Positions 9,705-17,113 of a stretch of 35,204 nt of DNA are shown piece after piece; positions within the stretch are counted from its first letter, which is position 1, and the number at the start of each line of letters is the position of its first letter. The notes beneath the pieces were generated by a model. The model searched no databases. It worked only from the letters and a program-made list of their open reading frames with translations, and was not told the origin of the DNA. Source of the DNA: Pseudomonadota bacterium (lineage in GTDB: Bacteria; Desulfobacterota; Desulfarculia; Desulfarculales; JAHJDS01); contig JAHJDS010000050.1 in assembly GCA_018812395.1 (NCBI GenBank), positions 1 to 35,204 on the forward strand, written 5' to 3'. A program made the position numbers and the translations under genes.

Positions 9705-10222
9705 TGGATGTCGTCACCGCCATCAAACGTCTGGAGTTTCTGGGCCAGGAATTCCTGATCTGGCTGTGGTTCATGGCCGAGCGTCAGGGCGGGGTCATCC
9801 GGCTGCCCGACGGGTCGGTCGTCGGGATCGAGCCGATCAACGTCATGACCCTGGCCTCGGGACAGGGGCCCACCGGCTTTACGGTGGCCTGTCGCGGCCG
9901 GCAGGTGGACTCACCCGAGACCCGGGTCGCCCTGCAGCAGGGTCGGCGACTCACCCGGGCCGGGTTCAGGGTCCGCACCGACCAGGCGGCCTGGCATCTG
10001 ACCCTGGACGCCGCCACCGGGGCCCTGACGGGCGTCCGGCCCGCCCCTGATCCGGAGCACGACGACGACTCGGACGAAGACCTGCTGGCCAGGCTCCTCA
10101 AAATCAGGGACCTGGCGGCCGTGCTGGACTCGCTGCTGAAGATGTTCCTGGCGATTCGTCTGGACGAGCGCTGGGAGGGCGAGGAACTGCCCGCCCTGCG
10201 CCGCTGGATCGCCTCGGGTTGA
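9701..10222 (+). CDS. RdgC-like protein, C-terminal part (separate ORF)
   Basis: GTG 9701 overlaps the stop of the preceding ORF (GTGA, 9701..9704); ATG 9704 is an alternative start. LEFLGQEFLIWLWF, ETRVALQQGRRLTRAGFRVRTDQAAWHLTLDAATGALTGVR and DEDLLARLLKIRDLAAVLDSLLKMF resemble the RdgC C-terminal half (TLTEWV..., [27 protein letters not shown]..., [23 protein letters not shown]). Confidence 0.5.
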   Translation: MMDVVTAIKRLEFLGQEFLIWLWFMAERQGGVIRLPDGSVVGIEPINVMTLASGQGPTGFTVACRGRQVDSPETRVALQQGRRLTRAGFRVRTDQAAWHLTLDAATGALTGVRPAPDPEHDDDSDEDLLARLLKIRDLAAVLDSLLKMFLAIRLDERWEGEELPALRRWIASG

Positions 10223-10246
10223 CCGCCCTCTTTTGCCCCGTCGAAC

Positions 10247-10275
10247 TTGACCTGGCGTCACCTAAGCGTTAGAAT
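10247..10275 (+). promoter_or_regulatory. Candidate sigma70 promoter for the coiled-coil protein gene
   Basis: TTGACC (10247..10252), N17, TAGAAT (10270..10275). It is followed by GGGGAGG (10298..10304) and the TTG start at 10309. Confidence 0.45.
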
Positions 10276-10308
10276 TAGTATGGTTTAGTTTGGACTCGGG
10301 GAGGCATT

Positions 10309-11175
10309 TTGGCCACGGCCAGCACGGCGACAGCGCCCTGGATGGCGGTTCAGGCGGTGCTCGACCACCGCGGGCAGCATGGTCTGCCCCGGGAGGCCGG
10401 GACCCTCCTGCCCAACGCCCGCCGACCGGGCGACTACCCGCGGACCGAGCACGAGATCGGCGTCAAGCTGGCCACCGGGGCGGAACGGGTCGGCCGGGAC
10501 CCGCGGATCATGACCCCCGAACAGGAGGTCGAGTTCATCCGGCAGCGGGACTTCCTGGCCGGGAAGCTGACTCCGCTGGAGCAGGAGACCCGCGGCGCCG
10601 AGGAAGACATCCGGGCCCGGGCGGCGGAGCGGGCCCTGTTCGAGTTCCGGAGCGAGTTGATGTTGGAACAGGCCCGGGTCAGCGAGGAAGAAAGCCGAAA
10701 CTTCGAACGGAAACAGCAGCTGGCCGAGGAGACCTGGCGGGCCGAACAGGAGTGGAGCCAATCCCTCTACGAGGACTGGAAGCGGGCGCAGATCGGCAAG
10801 GTTGAGAGAGCCAACCGGGAGGCGACCCTGCTCAGTCAGGAGGAGCTGGACCGGGTCAACGTCGAGTTCCAGCGCCGGGAGATGAAGACCAAGGAGGAAC
10901 TGGCGCAAAAGCGAATCGAGGCCCTGGGCGAGAACGCCATCGAGGACGTGGAGCGCTTCGGTTTTTCGGAACTCGAGCCCGAGGAGGTCTTCGCCGCCTG
11001 GGACCCCTGGGGCGGCGGGCAGGCGCCCCGGGAGGTGGTGGAGGTACAACGCCAGGCCGAAGAGACGGCCAAGTCCGTGGGCGCGCCGCCCGGGCCGGCC
11101 ACCGGCGAGCAGCCCCGGCCCCAAACCAGAAGCGCGCGGTACCTGCCGGGGGAGATTGTCGACATCTTTGCCTGA
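10309..11175 (+). CDS. Hypothetical E/R/Q-rich coiled-coil protein
   Basis: 288-aa ORF with proper codon bias. The long charged helical stretch includes RARAAERALFEFRSELMLEQARVSEEESRNFERKQQLAEETWRAEQEWSQSLYEDWKRAQIGKVERANREATLLSQEELDRVNVEFQRREMKTKEELAQKRIEAL. TTG start preceded by a GGGGAGG SD. I recognise no family. Confidence 0.6.
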   Translation: MATASTATAPWMAVQAVLDHRGQHGLPREAGTLLPNARRPGDYPRTEHEIGVKLATGAERVGRDPRIMTPEQEVEFIRQRDFLAGKLTPLEQETRGAEEDIRARAAERALFEFRSELMLEQARVSEEESRNFERKQQLAEETWRAEQEWSQSLYEDWKRAQIGKVERANREATLLSQEELDRVNVEFQRREMKTKEELAQKRIEALGENAIEDVERFGFSELEPEEVFAAWDPWGGGQAPREVVEVQRQAEETAKSVGAPPGPATGEQPRPQTRSARYLPGEIVDIFA

Positions 11176-11193
11176 CGATCGGGCGCCCGATCG
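11176..11193. repeat. Perfect 18-nt palindrome CGATCGGGCGCCCGATCG immediately after the coiled-coil gene stop
   Basis: Read directly; the sequence is its own reverse complement. It is followed by AAAACGG, not a T-tract, so it is not a canonical intrinsic terminator. Confidence 0.5.
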
Positions 11194-11284
11194 AAAACGG
11201 CGCGTCGGTCCTTGACCTCGTTTTGGTCTTGGCCGGGCGCCGCTTTTCTGTTATGTAAATCCGTGACCATTGGGAGGTCGGTCC

Positions 11285-11770
11285 TTGCAGACGAAAACGC
11301 AACTGTCCACCTACGTCCAAGACGCCCCCGGCGTGCTGTCGGGGTTGTGCAGCCTGCTGGCCGAGAACGGCGTCAACATCGAGGCCATGTCCATCCAGAA
11401 CTCCAAGGACGCGGTCAAGAAAATTTTTGAGGCTCGGGAAAAGACCGGCCGCCGGATCGCCCCGGCCCAAAACTACGCCTCGATCATGAGCGACGCGGCC
11501 GATTACTCGACCATTCGCCTGATCGTCGATCAGCCGGACAAGGCCGCCCGGATCCTGGCCGAGGCCGATTACGCCTTTGACTCCGAGACGGTGTTGGTCG
11601 TGGCCCTGGAAGACAAGCCCGGGGTCATGGGCCGGATCGCCGAGCGCCTGGCCGCGGCCGGCGTCAACATCAATTACATCTACGGCTCCGTGCCGGCCAA
11701 CGGCGGCACCTCCCTGTTCGTCTTCCACGTCCCGGAAGCGGCCGCCGCCGGCAAGCTCCTCAACCAGTAG
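11285..11770 (+). CDS. Tandem ACT-domain protein
   Basis: There are two ACT-like units: LSTYVQDAPGVLSGLCSLLAENGVNIEAMS and LVVALEDKPGVMGRIAERLAAAGVNINYIYG. The track starts the ORF at TTG 11270. However, GGGAGG (11272..11277) followed by a 7-nt spacer favours the in-frame TTG at 11285. Confidence 0.7.
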   Translation: MQTKTQLSTYVQDAPGVLSGLCSLLAENGVNIEAMSIQNSKDAVKKIFEAREKTGRRIAPAQNYASIMSDAADYSTIRLIVDQPDKAARILAEADYAFDSETVLVVALEDKPGVMGRIAERLAAAGVNINYIYGSVPANGGTSLFVFHVPEAAAAGKLLNQ

Positions 11771-11780
11771 CGAGACTCCG

Positions 11781-12248
11781 ATGACCACCAGGTACCCCAT
11801 TACCGAGGCCGGCCTGGCCCGCCTCAAGGCCGAGTTGGAACGGCTCATCAACCAGGAAAGACCGCGGGTGGTCAAGGCCATCGCCGAGGCCCGGGCCCAC
11901 GGCGACCTGTCCGAGAACGCCGAGTACCACGCCGCTAAAGAGAGACAGTCCTTCGTCGAAGGCAAGATCAACGAGCTGCAACGCCAGATCGCCTCCTCGG
12001 AGGTGTTTCGCTCCGAAGGGGCCAACGGTCGCGTCGTCTTCGAATCGTTCGTCAAGGTCGAGGATTTGGACACGGCCGAGGTCTCGACCTATCGCCTGGT
12101 CGGCCCCTTCGAGTCGGACGCGGGCCAGGGGCACCTGAGCGTCATCTCGCCCATCGGCCGGGCCCTGATCGGCAAGAGTGAAGGCGACGAGATAAAGGTC
12201 CAGACCCCGGGCGGGGTCAAAGAGTTGGAGATTGTGAAGGTCTGGTGA
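11781..12248 (+). CDS. greA: Transcription elongation factor GreA
   Basis: MTTRYPITEAGLARLKAELERLINQERPRVVKAIAEARAHGDLSENAEYHAAKERQSFVEGKINELQRQI...ISPIGRALIGKSEGDEIKVQTPGGVKELEIVKVW is a full-length, canonical GreA of 155 aa. It is the ATG-initiated part of track ORF 11577..12248. Confidence 0.95.
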   Translation: MTTRYPITEAGLARLKAELERLINQERPRVVKAIAEARAHGDLSENAEYHAAKERQSFVEGKINELQRQIASSEVFRSEGANGRVVFESFVKVEDLDTAEVSTYRLVGPFESDAGQGHLSVISPIGRALIGKSEGDEIKVQTPGGVKELEIVKVW

Positions 12249-12829
12249 GCCGACCGCGCCGCCTGGGCGGCCTCCCCGACCCATCCGTCATGACCCAGGT
12301 AATCGATCTCGAGAAGGTCCGGCGCGAAAAGCTGACCCGTCAGGCCACCGCCGCCTGGCAACGGCGCTTCGGCCACCGGTTCCCGTCCGACTTCACCGCC
12401 GCCGATCTCCCGGACCCGGTCCTGGCCGAACTCATCACCGGCGAAGGACCCGGCAACCAGGCCCTGAACGATTTCATCCTGGGCGCCCGCGGGTTCTCCC
12501 CGGGCCGGAACGTCGAGGACGTCGACCGGGCCGAAAAAATGGTCGTCCTCGAGTCGTTCCTGGTGTTGATCGACGTCTTGCGCTTCGAGGCCATGTACCG
12601 GATGAAATGGGTCCGGGACTTTTCGGCCCGCCGGAGGCCCCTGGTGGAATTCGTCGGCGAGACCAGACAGTCCCCGATCAGCGCCCTGGAGCCGCCGTCC
12701 ATCCTCGAGACCCACCCCGAATACCCGGCCTACCAGAACCTGGGCGACCTGGAAAGGCCGGTCTTCCTCCGCCAGACCATCCCGACGGCCATCCTGGCCT
12801 TCAGACGCCGCACCGGGTCGCGCTCATGA
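12245..12829 (+). CDS. Hypothetical protein (no family recognised)
   Basis: 194-aa ORF with good codon bias. GTG 12245 overlaps the greA stop (GTGA) and follows GAAGG. Its own stop overlaps the nagZ ATG (ATGA, 12826..12829). ATG 12290 is an alternative start. Confidence 0.6.
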   Translation: MSRPRRLGGLPDPSVMTQVIDLEKVRREKLTRQATAAWQRRFGHRFPSDFTAADLPDPVLAELITGEGPGNQALNDFILGARGFSPGRNVEDVDRAEKMVVLESFLVLIDVLRFEAMYRMKWVRDFSARRRPLVEFVGETRQSPISALEPPSILETHPEYPAYQNLGDLERPVFLRQTIPTAILAFRRRTGSRS

Positions 12830-13866
12830 AGGACCCGGCCGCCACCCTGGCCGACAGCCTGATGGTCGGCCTGCCGGGGACCGAGGTGGACGCCACGGCC
12901 CGGCGGCTGGTCGAGGACCTGGGCGTGGGCGGGGTGATCCTGTTCGCCCGGAACGTGGTCGATCCCTGGCAGGTGGCGAAGCTGTGCGCCGAACTCCAGG
13001 ACATGGCCCTCGAAAAACACGGCCGGCCGCTGCTCCTGGCCGTGGACCAGGAAGGGGGCGTCGTCGCCCGCCTCAGGGAGCCCTTCACCCACGAGCCCGG
13101 CCACCCGATTTTGGGCCAAAGCGGCGATCCACGCCGGGCCTTTGACACCGCGGCCCGAATGGCCCGGGAGTTGGCGGCCGCGGGATTCAACGTCAACTTC
13201 GCCCCGGTCCTGGACGTCAACACCAGGGGGAAGGAAGGGGTGATGCTCCAGCGGTCCTTTGGCTCGGACCCGAGCCTGGTGGCCGCCATGGGGGCCGCCT
13301 TCGTCCAAGGACTCCAGCAAAGCAGTGTCATGGCCTGCGCCAAGCACTTCCCCGGCATCGGAGACACGGTGCTGGACTCCCACCTGGTCCTGCCCGAAAA
13401 CCCGAACGCCAAGGAGCGGCTGGCCCGGATCGAGCTGGTCCCCTTCCGGGCCGCCTTCGAGGCCGGGGTCGCATCCTGCATGATCACTCACGTCCGGTTC
13501 ACCGCCCTGGACCCCGACCGGCCGGCCTCGCTGTCACCGGCGGTCATCACCGGTCTGCTGAGAAGGGAAATGGGCTTTGACGGCCTGGTCGTCTCCGACG
13601 ACCTGGAGATGGGGGCCATCGCCAATACGTTCGAGGTCGGGCGGGCGGCGGCCATGTCCTACGCGGCCGGGGCGGACGTGATGCTCGTCTGCCATCGCCT
13701 GGACCGGGTCGAAAACGCCCTCGAGACCCTGGTCCGGGAGGTCGAGCGGGGGCGCCTCGACGATCGGCGCCTGGCGGCCAGCCGGGACCGAATCGACCGG
13801 GCCCGGGCCAGATTCGCCGCCCGGCCCCGCCCCGATATGGATGAACTGAGACGCCTGCTAAACTGA
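12826..13866 (+). CDS. nagZ: Beta-N-acetylhexosaminidase NagZ (glycoside hydrolase family 3, N-terminal domain type)
   Basis: Matching segments are LMVGLPGTEVD, VGGVILFARNV, LLLAVDQEGGVVARL, GFNVNFAPVLDV, RSFGSDP and KHFPGIGDTVLDSHL. The size from the internal ATG of track ORF 12607..13866 is about 346 aa. Confidence 0.9.
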   Translation: MKDPAATLADSLMVGLPGTEVDATARRLVEDLGVGGVILFARNVVDPWQVAKLCAELQDMALEKHGRPLLLAVDQEGGVVARLREPFTHEPGHPILGQSGDPRRAFDTAARMARELAAAGFNVNFAPVLDVNTRGKEGVMLQRSFGSDPSLVAAMGAAFVQGLQQSSVMACAKHFPGIGDTVLDSHLVLPENPNAKERLARIELVPFRAAFEAGVASCMITHVRFTALDPDRPASLSPAVITGLLRREMGFDGLVVSDDLEMGAIANTFEVGRAAAMSYAAGADVMLVCHRLDRVENALETLVREVERGRLDDRRLAASRDRIDRARARFAARPRPDMDELRRLLN

Positions 13867-13914
13867 CCGAGTGATCCTGACTCCTAAAAAAACACACCCC
13901 CGTCAAAAAAAAAT

Positions 13915-13942
13915 TTAAGTCATGGCCGTCACCGACCGATAA
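13915..13942 (+). promoter_or_regulatory. Sigma28 (FliA)-like promoter candidate upstream of the FliD-like gene
   Basis: TAAG (13916..13919), N15, ACCGATAA (13935..13942), compared with the textbook TAAA-N15-GCCGATAA. That is 3/4 plus 7/8 matches, about 118 nt upstream of the TTG start. Confidence 0.3.
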
Positions 13943-14059
13943 CGAATATGGATAGACCCGCCCAGGGATGGCGGCCAGAGCTTTCTTCGGGAAGCGGGCA
14001 CAGGGAAGTGCTCAACCGGAGCGCCGGAGTGGTACCGGCGCCGTTCGGGAGGTGTTTCC

Positions 14060-15370
14060 TTGTCCTCGTTTGCCGTGGGGAGTATCAAACCCCTGGTCGT
14101 GTTCGCCTCGGGACGCGCCCCCCACGTCCCGTCTTTGTCCCCGGCCAGATTGACGACGGGGCGGCTGGCCCTGGAGTCGGTCGGCCGCAGTCAGCGGACC
14201 AATTTCGACCGCTTCACCCGGCAGCGCCTGGAGACCCAGTTCGACGACCGGGCGACCAACCTCAAAACCGCCCTGGACCGGTTCGTCCTGCCCGAGGCCG
14301 AGAACCTGCATCTGGCCAAGTCCGTGGTCTCGACCAACGAGAGGGTCGTCTCCGGCCAGGCGGCCAACGACGCCACCCCGGCCCGGCATCGGGTCCAGTT
14401 CTCTCAGCCGGCCCGGGCCCAGGAGAACCGCTCCGTCCAGTTGACCCCGACCGAGGCCCCCACTCTCGGCGAGGGGACCTACACCTTTGACCTGAGCGTG
14501 GGCGGCGACACGCACACCCTCGAGGTCGAGGTCAAGCACTCGGGCTACACCGGCCAGGCCGACACCAACCTGAGTCTTCTAAATAAGATCGCCCGGGCCG
14601 TAAACGCCGCCGACAGCCGGGTCCAGGCCCGGGTGGTCGAGGCCGAAAAATCGGCCTATTCCGACCTCCCGGGCGGGGGAGACCTGACCGAAAAGGTGGC
14701 CTGGCTGAGCATCACCTCCCAGGACACCGGCGACGAGGCCCCCTTCAGTCTCGAGGACAAGACCGGCGCCCTGGTGGCCACCTACCAGCTCAGCCGCCAG
14801 GACCCGTCGGGCTCCCGGGCGGTCTGGAGGCTGGGGGGCGTGCCTCAGGACAGCCCGGACAACGATCCCCGGATCGACGGCGGCCAGGTCACCCTCCATC
14901 TGAACTACCCGGCCCCGGACTACGAAACCCTGACCGTGACCGAGGGCCTGGCCGCCCTGGCCGGGGACACGGCCCGGGTGCTGAGCGCCTACAACAACCT
15001 GATGTTCCTGATGGCGCTCAATCAGGACCAGATCACCTCCGGCCTGGCGGACACCTTCCGTCGGGAGACGGCCGCCCGCCGGTCCACCCTGGAAGAGATC
15101 GGGCTGACGGTCACGGACGGCGGCCTGGTGGCGATCGGCGACCGGTTCGCGGTCCAAATGGCGACCAACTACGCTGAAGTGAAGGAGACCCTGACCGGGG
15201 AGGCCGGTCTGTTCACGACCTGGTCCCGCCTGGCCGATCAGGTGGTTCAAAACGGGGTGGGGAAATATTTCAAGCCGGCCGAAGATGTCCCGGCCTACTC
15301 GGCCTCGACCCTGGCCCGGTCCTTCAATCAGACCCGCCAGGGGTTCGGACTGATCAGCCTGATCGTTTGA
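14060..15370 (+). CDS. FliD-like (flagellar filament cap / hook-associated protein 2-like) protein, divergent and apparently shortened
   Basis: TTG start 7 nt after GGGAGG (14047..14052). Blocks resembling FliD as I recall it: VQFSQPARAQ vs ISVTHLAQAQ; TNLSLLNKIARAVNAADSRVQARVVE vs SSLSGIRDAINNAKAGVSASIIN; WLSITSQDTGDEAPFSL vs RLSVTSNDTGLDNAMTL; LEEIGLTVTDGGLVAIGDRFAVQMATNYAEV vs LAQIGITTDPSDGKLELDADKLTAALKKD. The canonical N-terminal SGLGSGID motif and the C-terminal heptad region are missing. Confidence 0.55.
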   Translation: MSSFAVGSIKPLVVFASGRAPHVPSLSPARLTTGRLALESVGRSQRTNFDRFTRQRLETQFDDRATNLKTALDRFVLPEAENLHLAKSVVSTNERVVSGQAANDATPARHRVQFSQPARAQENRSVQLTPTEAPTLGEGTYTFDLSVGGDTHTLEVEVKHSGYTGQADTNLSLLNKIARAVNAADSRVQARVVEAEKSAYSDLPGGGDLTEKVAWLSITSQDTGDEAPFSLEDKTGALVATYQLSRQDPSGSRAVWRLGGVPQDSPDNDPRIDGGQVTLHLNYPAPDYETLTVTEGLAALAGDTARVLSAYNNLMFLMALNQDQITSGLADTFRRETAARRSTLEEIGLTVTDGGLVAIGDRFAVQMATNYAEVKETLTGEAGLFTTWSRLADQVVQNGVGKYFKPAEDVPAYSASTLARSFNQTRQGFGLISLIV

Positions 15371-15429
15371 TCGGCGCCCGGGCAGGCGGCTGAGGGGCGG
15401 CATGCCTCCCCGGAAACCGGGGCATCGGT

Positions 15430-16050
15430 CTAAGGCTTGAGCAGGAAGGTCCCGATGACATTGGCCACCACGCCGCTCAACAGGATCAGCTCCCTCTGGC
15501 GGTGATTGGTAAAGGGGAGGACCCGGCCGAAAGATATGTTCATCACCCCCATGGGCCGCCCCAGGGAGACCAGGGGCAAACAGGCCAACGATACGGGCGT
15601 GTACATGCCGTTTTGGCGCTTGATCAAATCCGATTGGGGGGAATCGACGTCCCAGAAGACGGGTTCATTGTCCTGGAAGGCCTTGCCGGCCACCCCTTCG
15701 CCCGGCCGGAAGGTCAACTCCTTGTTGCCGCCGCGTCTTTCTTCCACGAACAGGTCCTGTCCGCCGAAGGCGGCGATCAGTCTCAGCCGGTCCCGGTAGA
15801 GTTCGTAGATCAAGATCGAACAGCCTTCGATGTCGTCGAGATCCCTGACCAACGTGGCCGTCACCTCCTCGGCCGCCTGTTCCAGATTCAACGCCGTGGC
15901 CGGGATGACGGTCAGGTTGCGGATGGTGGACATGAGCCGGATCGAGGATTGGAGACGACCGCCCATGTCGGCCAGTTTTTCCAGCAACCGCTGATCGTGT
16001 TGGTCGGCGGTCGATTCCTGGCCGTTGTTGTCAGGCACCTTATCCCCCAT
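15430..16050 (-). CDS. GAF domain protein (stand-alone)
   Basis: 206 aa. GAF-like core: CSILIYELYRDRLRLIAAFG...FRPGEGVAGKAFQDNEPVFWDV...LACLPLVSLGRPMGVMNISF. Its ATG (16050) overlaps the 3' end of the HDOD gene by 11 nt. Confidence 0.75.
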   Translation of the reverse strand: MGDKVPDNNGQESTADQHDQRLLEKLADMGGRLQSSIRLMSTIRNLTVIPATALNLEQAAEEVTATLVRDLDDIEGCSILIYELYRDRLRLIAAFGGQDLFVEERRGGNKELTFRPGEGVAGKAFQDNEPVFWDVDSPQSDLIKRQNGMYTPVSLACLPLVSLGRPMGVMNISFGRVLPFTNHRQRELILLSGVVANVIGTFLLKP

Positions 16051-16921
16051 CGAAGACCGCCTGTCGCCAACCGTCCAAGAGATCCGGAATCGCCTGGGCG
16101 GACCGGTCGGCCACTATATTGAGGGCCTCCAGGTCCAGGTTGACCGCCCCGAGCAGGGCGGCCCGGTCCGGGTCACCGCCCCTCCAGACCGATCCGAACC
16201 CCAGTTCCTTGGTCAAGTCGTTGGCCAGGGCCACCAGACAGGTGGCCTCGTAGTGGGGGCCGTTCGGCGTGGGGCGGTGATGCTTGTGGATGACGGTCAG
16301 GTGCACCTCGGGCAGCATCCACTTGGCGGCCAGGAGACGGCCGACGGCGGTGTGCGTGACGCCGAGCCGGCTCTCGGCGTCGTGATGGGGCAGGCCCTGG
16401 TCCACCAATTGCCATATCCGCTCGAGTTCGTCGGCCACGTGGGTGGCCATCACCAGCTTCCCCAGGTCGTGCAACAGCCCGGCCATCTGGATTTCGCCCG
16501 GCGCCCGGTGGCCGGCCTGGACGGCCAGGGCCCGGGCCGTCCAGGACACGGCCAGACAATGGGTCCACAATCCCTGGCCGTCAAATCGCTCGGGGATCGA
16601 CCGGGGATCGAAGACATCGGCCAGACCGGTGCCCAGGGCCAGGAGCTGCAGCTCGTCGAACCCAATGGCCACCACGGCCCGGCGGATGGTCGTGACCTGC
16701 TGAGCGAACCCGTAAAAGGCGGAATTGGCCAGGCTTAGCACCTTCGAGGCCAGGGCCTGGTCGCTTTCGATGATCCGCTCCAGGGCCGCGGCGTCGGTGC
16801 GGCTGTCGCCCATGGCCTCGACCAGCCGGAAGACCACCTGGGGCATCGACGACAACCGATCGATCCGAAATACGCGTCGTCTGACCTCGGCCAGACGTTC
16901 TTCGGGAGAAAGATCGCTCAT
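16040..16921 (-). CDS. HDOD domain protein
   Basis: LSSMPQVVFRLVEAMGDSRTDAAALERIIESDQALASKVLSLANSAFYGFAQQVTTIRRAVVAIGFDEL and the later GLLHDLGKLVM are typical of HDOD (HD-related output domain). Confidence 0.85.
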   Translation of the reverse strand: MSDLSPEERLAEVRRRVFRIDRLSSMPQVVFRLVEAMGDSRTDAAALERIIESDQALASKVLSLANSAFYGFAQQVTTIRRAVVAIGFDELQLLALGTGLADVFDPRSIPERFDGQGLWTHCLAVSWTARALAVQAGHRAPGEIQMAGLLHDLGKLVMATHVADELERIWQLVDQGLPHHDAESRLGVTHTAVGRLLAAKWMLPEVHLTVIHKHHRPTPNGPHYEATCLVALANDLTKELGFGSVWRGGDPDRAALLGAVNLDLEALNIVADRSAQAIPDLLDGWRQAVFDGG

Positions 16922-17038
16922 GATTCCCCGCGCCGGACGATAACGTCTTCCCCTTCAAGCTCGGGCCTCGCCGGCCGGTTCGGACCGGCCTCCCCGGTCC
17001 GACCCGGGCCCCTGAACGGACCCAACCGCGGCTATTGT

Positions 17039-17067
17039 ATATTACTCCACCGTCGCGGGAGGGTCAA
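17039..17067 (-). promoter_or_regulatory. Candidate sigma70 promoter for the HDOD-GAF operon
   Basis: The minus strand reads TTGACC (17067..17062), N17, TAATAT (17044..17039), about 110 nt upstream of ATG 16921. Confidence 0.4.
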
Positions 17068-17085
17068 TGGCCTGAACGCCCGCCC

Positions 17086-17113
17086 TTGACGTGGAACACC
17101 GGTTGGATAATAT
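17086..17113 (+). promoter_or_regulatory. Candidate sigma70 promoter for NUDIX-DUF1178, back-to-back with the HDOD promoter
   Basis: TTGACG (17086..17091), N16, TAATAT (17108..17113). A GGAG SD lies at 17140..17143 before ATG 17149. Confidence 0.35.

Noticed and set aside
11176-11193. 18-nt perfect palindrome considered as the intrinsic terminator of the coiled-coil gene
   Set aside because: It has no T-tract on either side in the right orientation (AAAACGG follows on the + strand). I kept it as a palindrome/possible protein site, not a terminator.
10285-12073. Minus-strand ORFs 10285..11124 (279 aa) and 10856..12073 (405 aa)
   Set aside because: They are antisense to the coiled-coil, ACT and greA genes. 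They have no motifs and a shadow-type composition. greA on the + strand is unambiguous.
13969-13981. Possible sigma54 promoter TGGCGG-N..-GC upstream of the FliD-like gene
   Set aside because: The GG and GC dinucleotides are 10 nt apart, not the 12 nt required by TGGCAC-N5-TTGC. The sigma28-like match is better.
15371-15429. GC-rich hairpins (GGGGCGGCATGCCTCCCC and CCCCGGAAACCGGGG) between the convergent FliD-like and GAF genes
   Set aside because: They are plausible bidirectional stop structures, but they have no U-tracts and overlap each other, so I am not confident enough to annotate a terminator.
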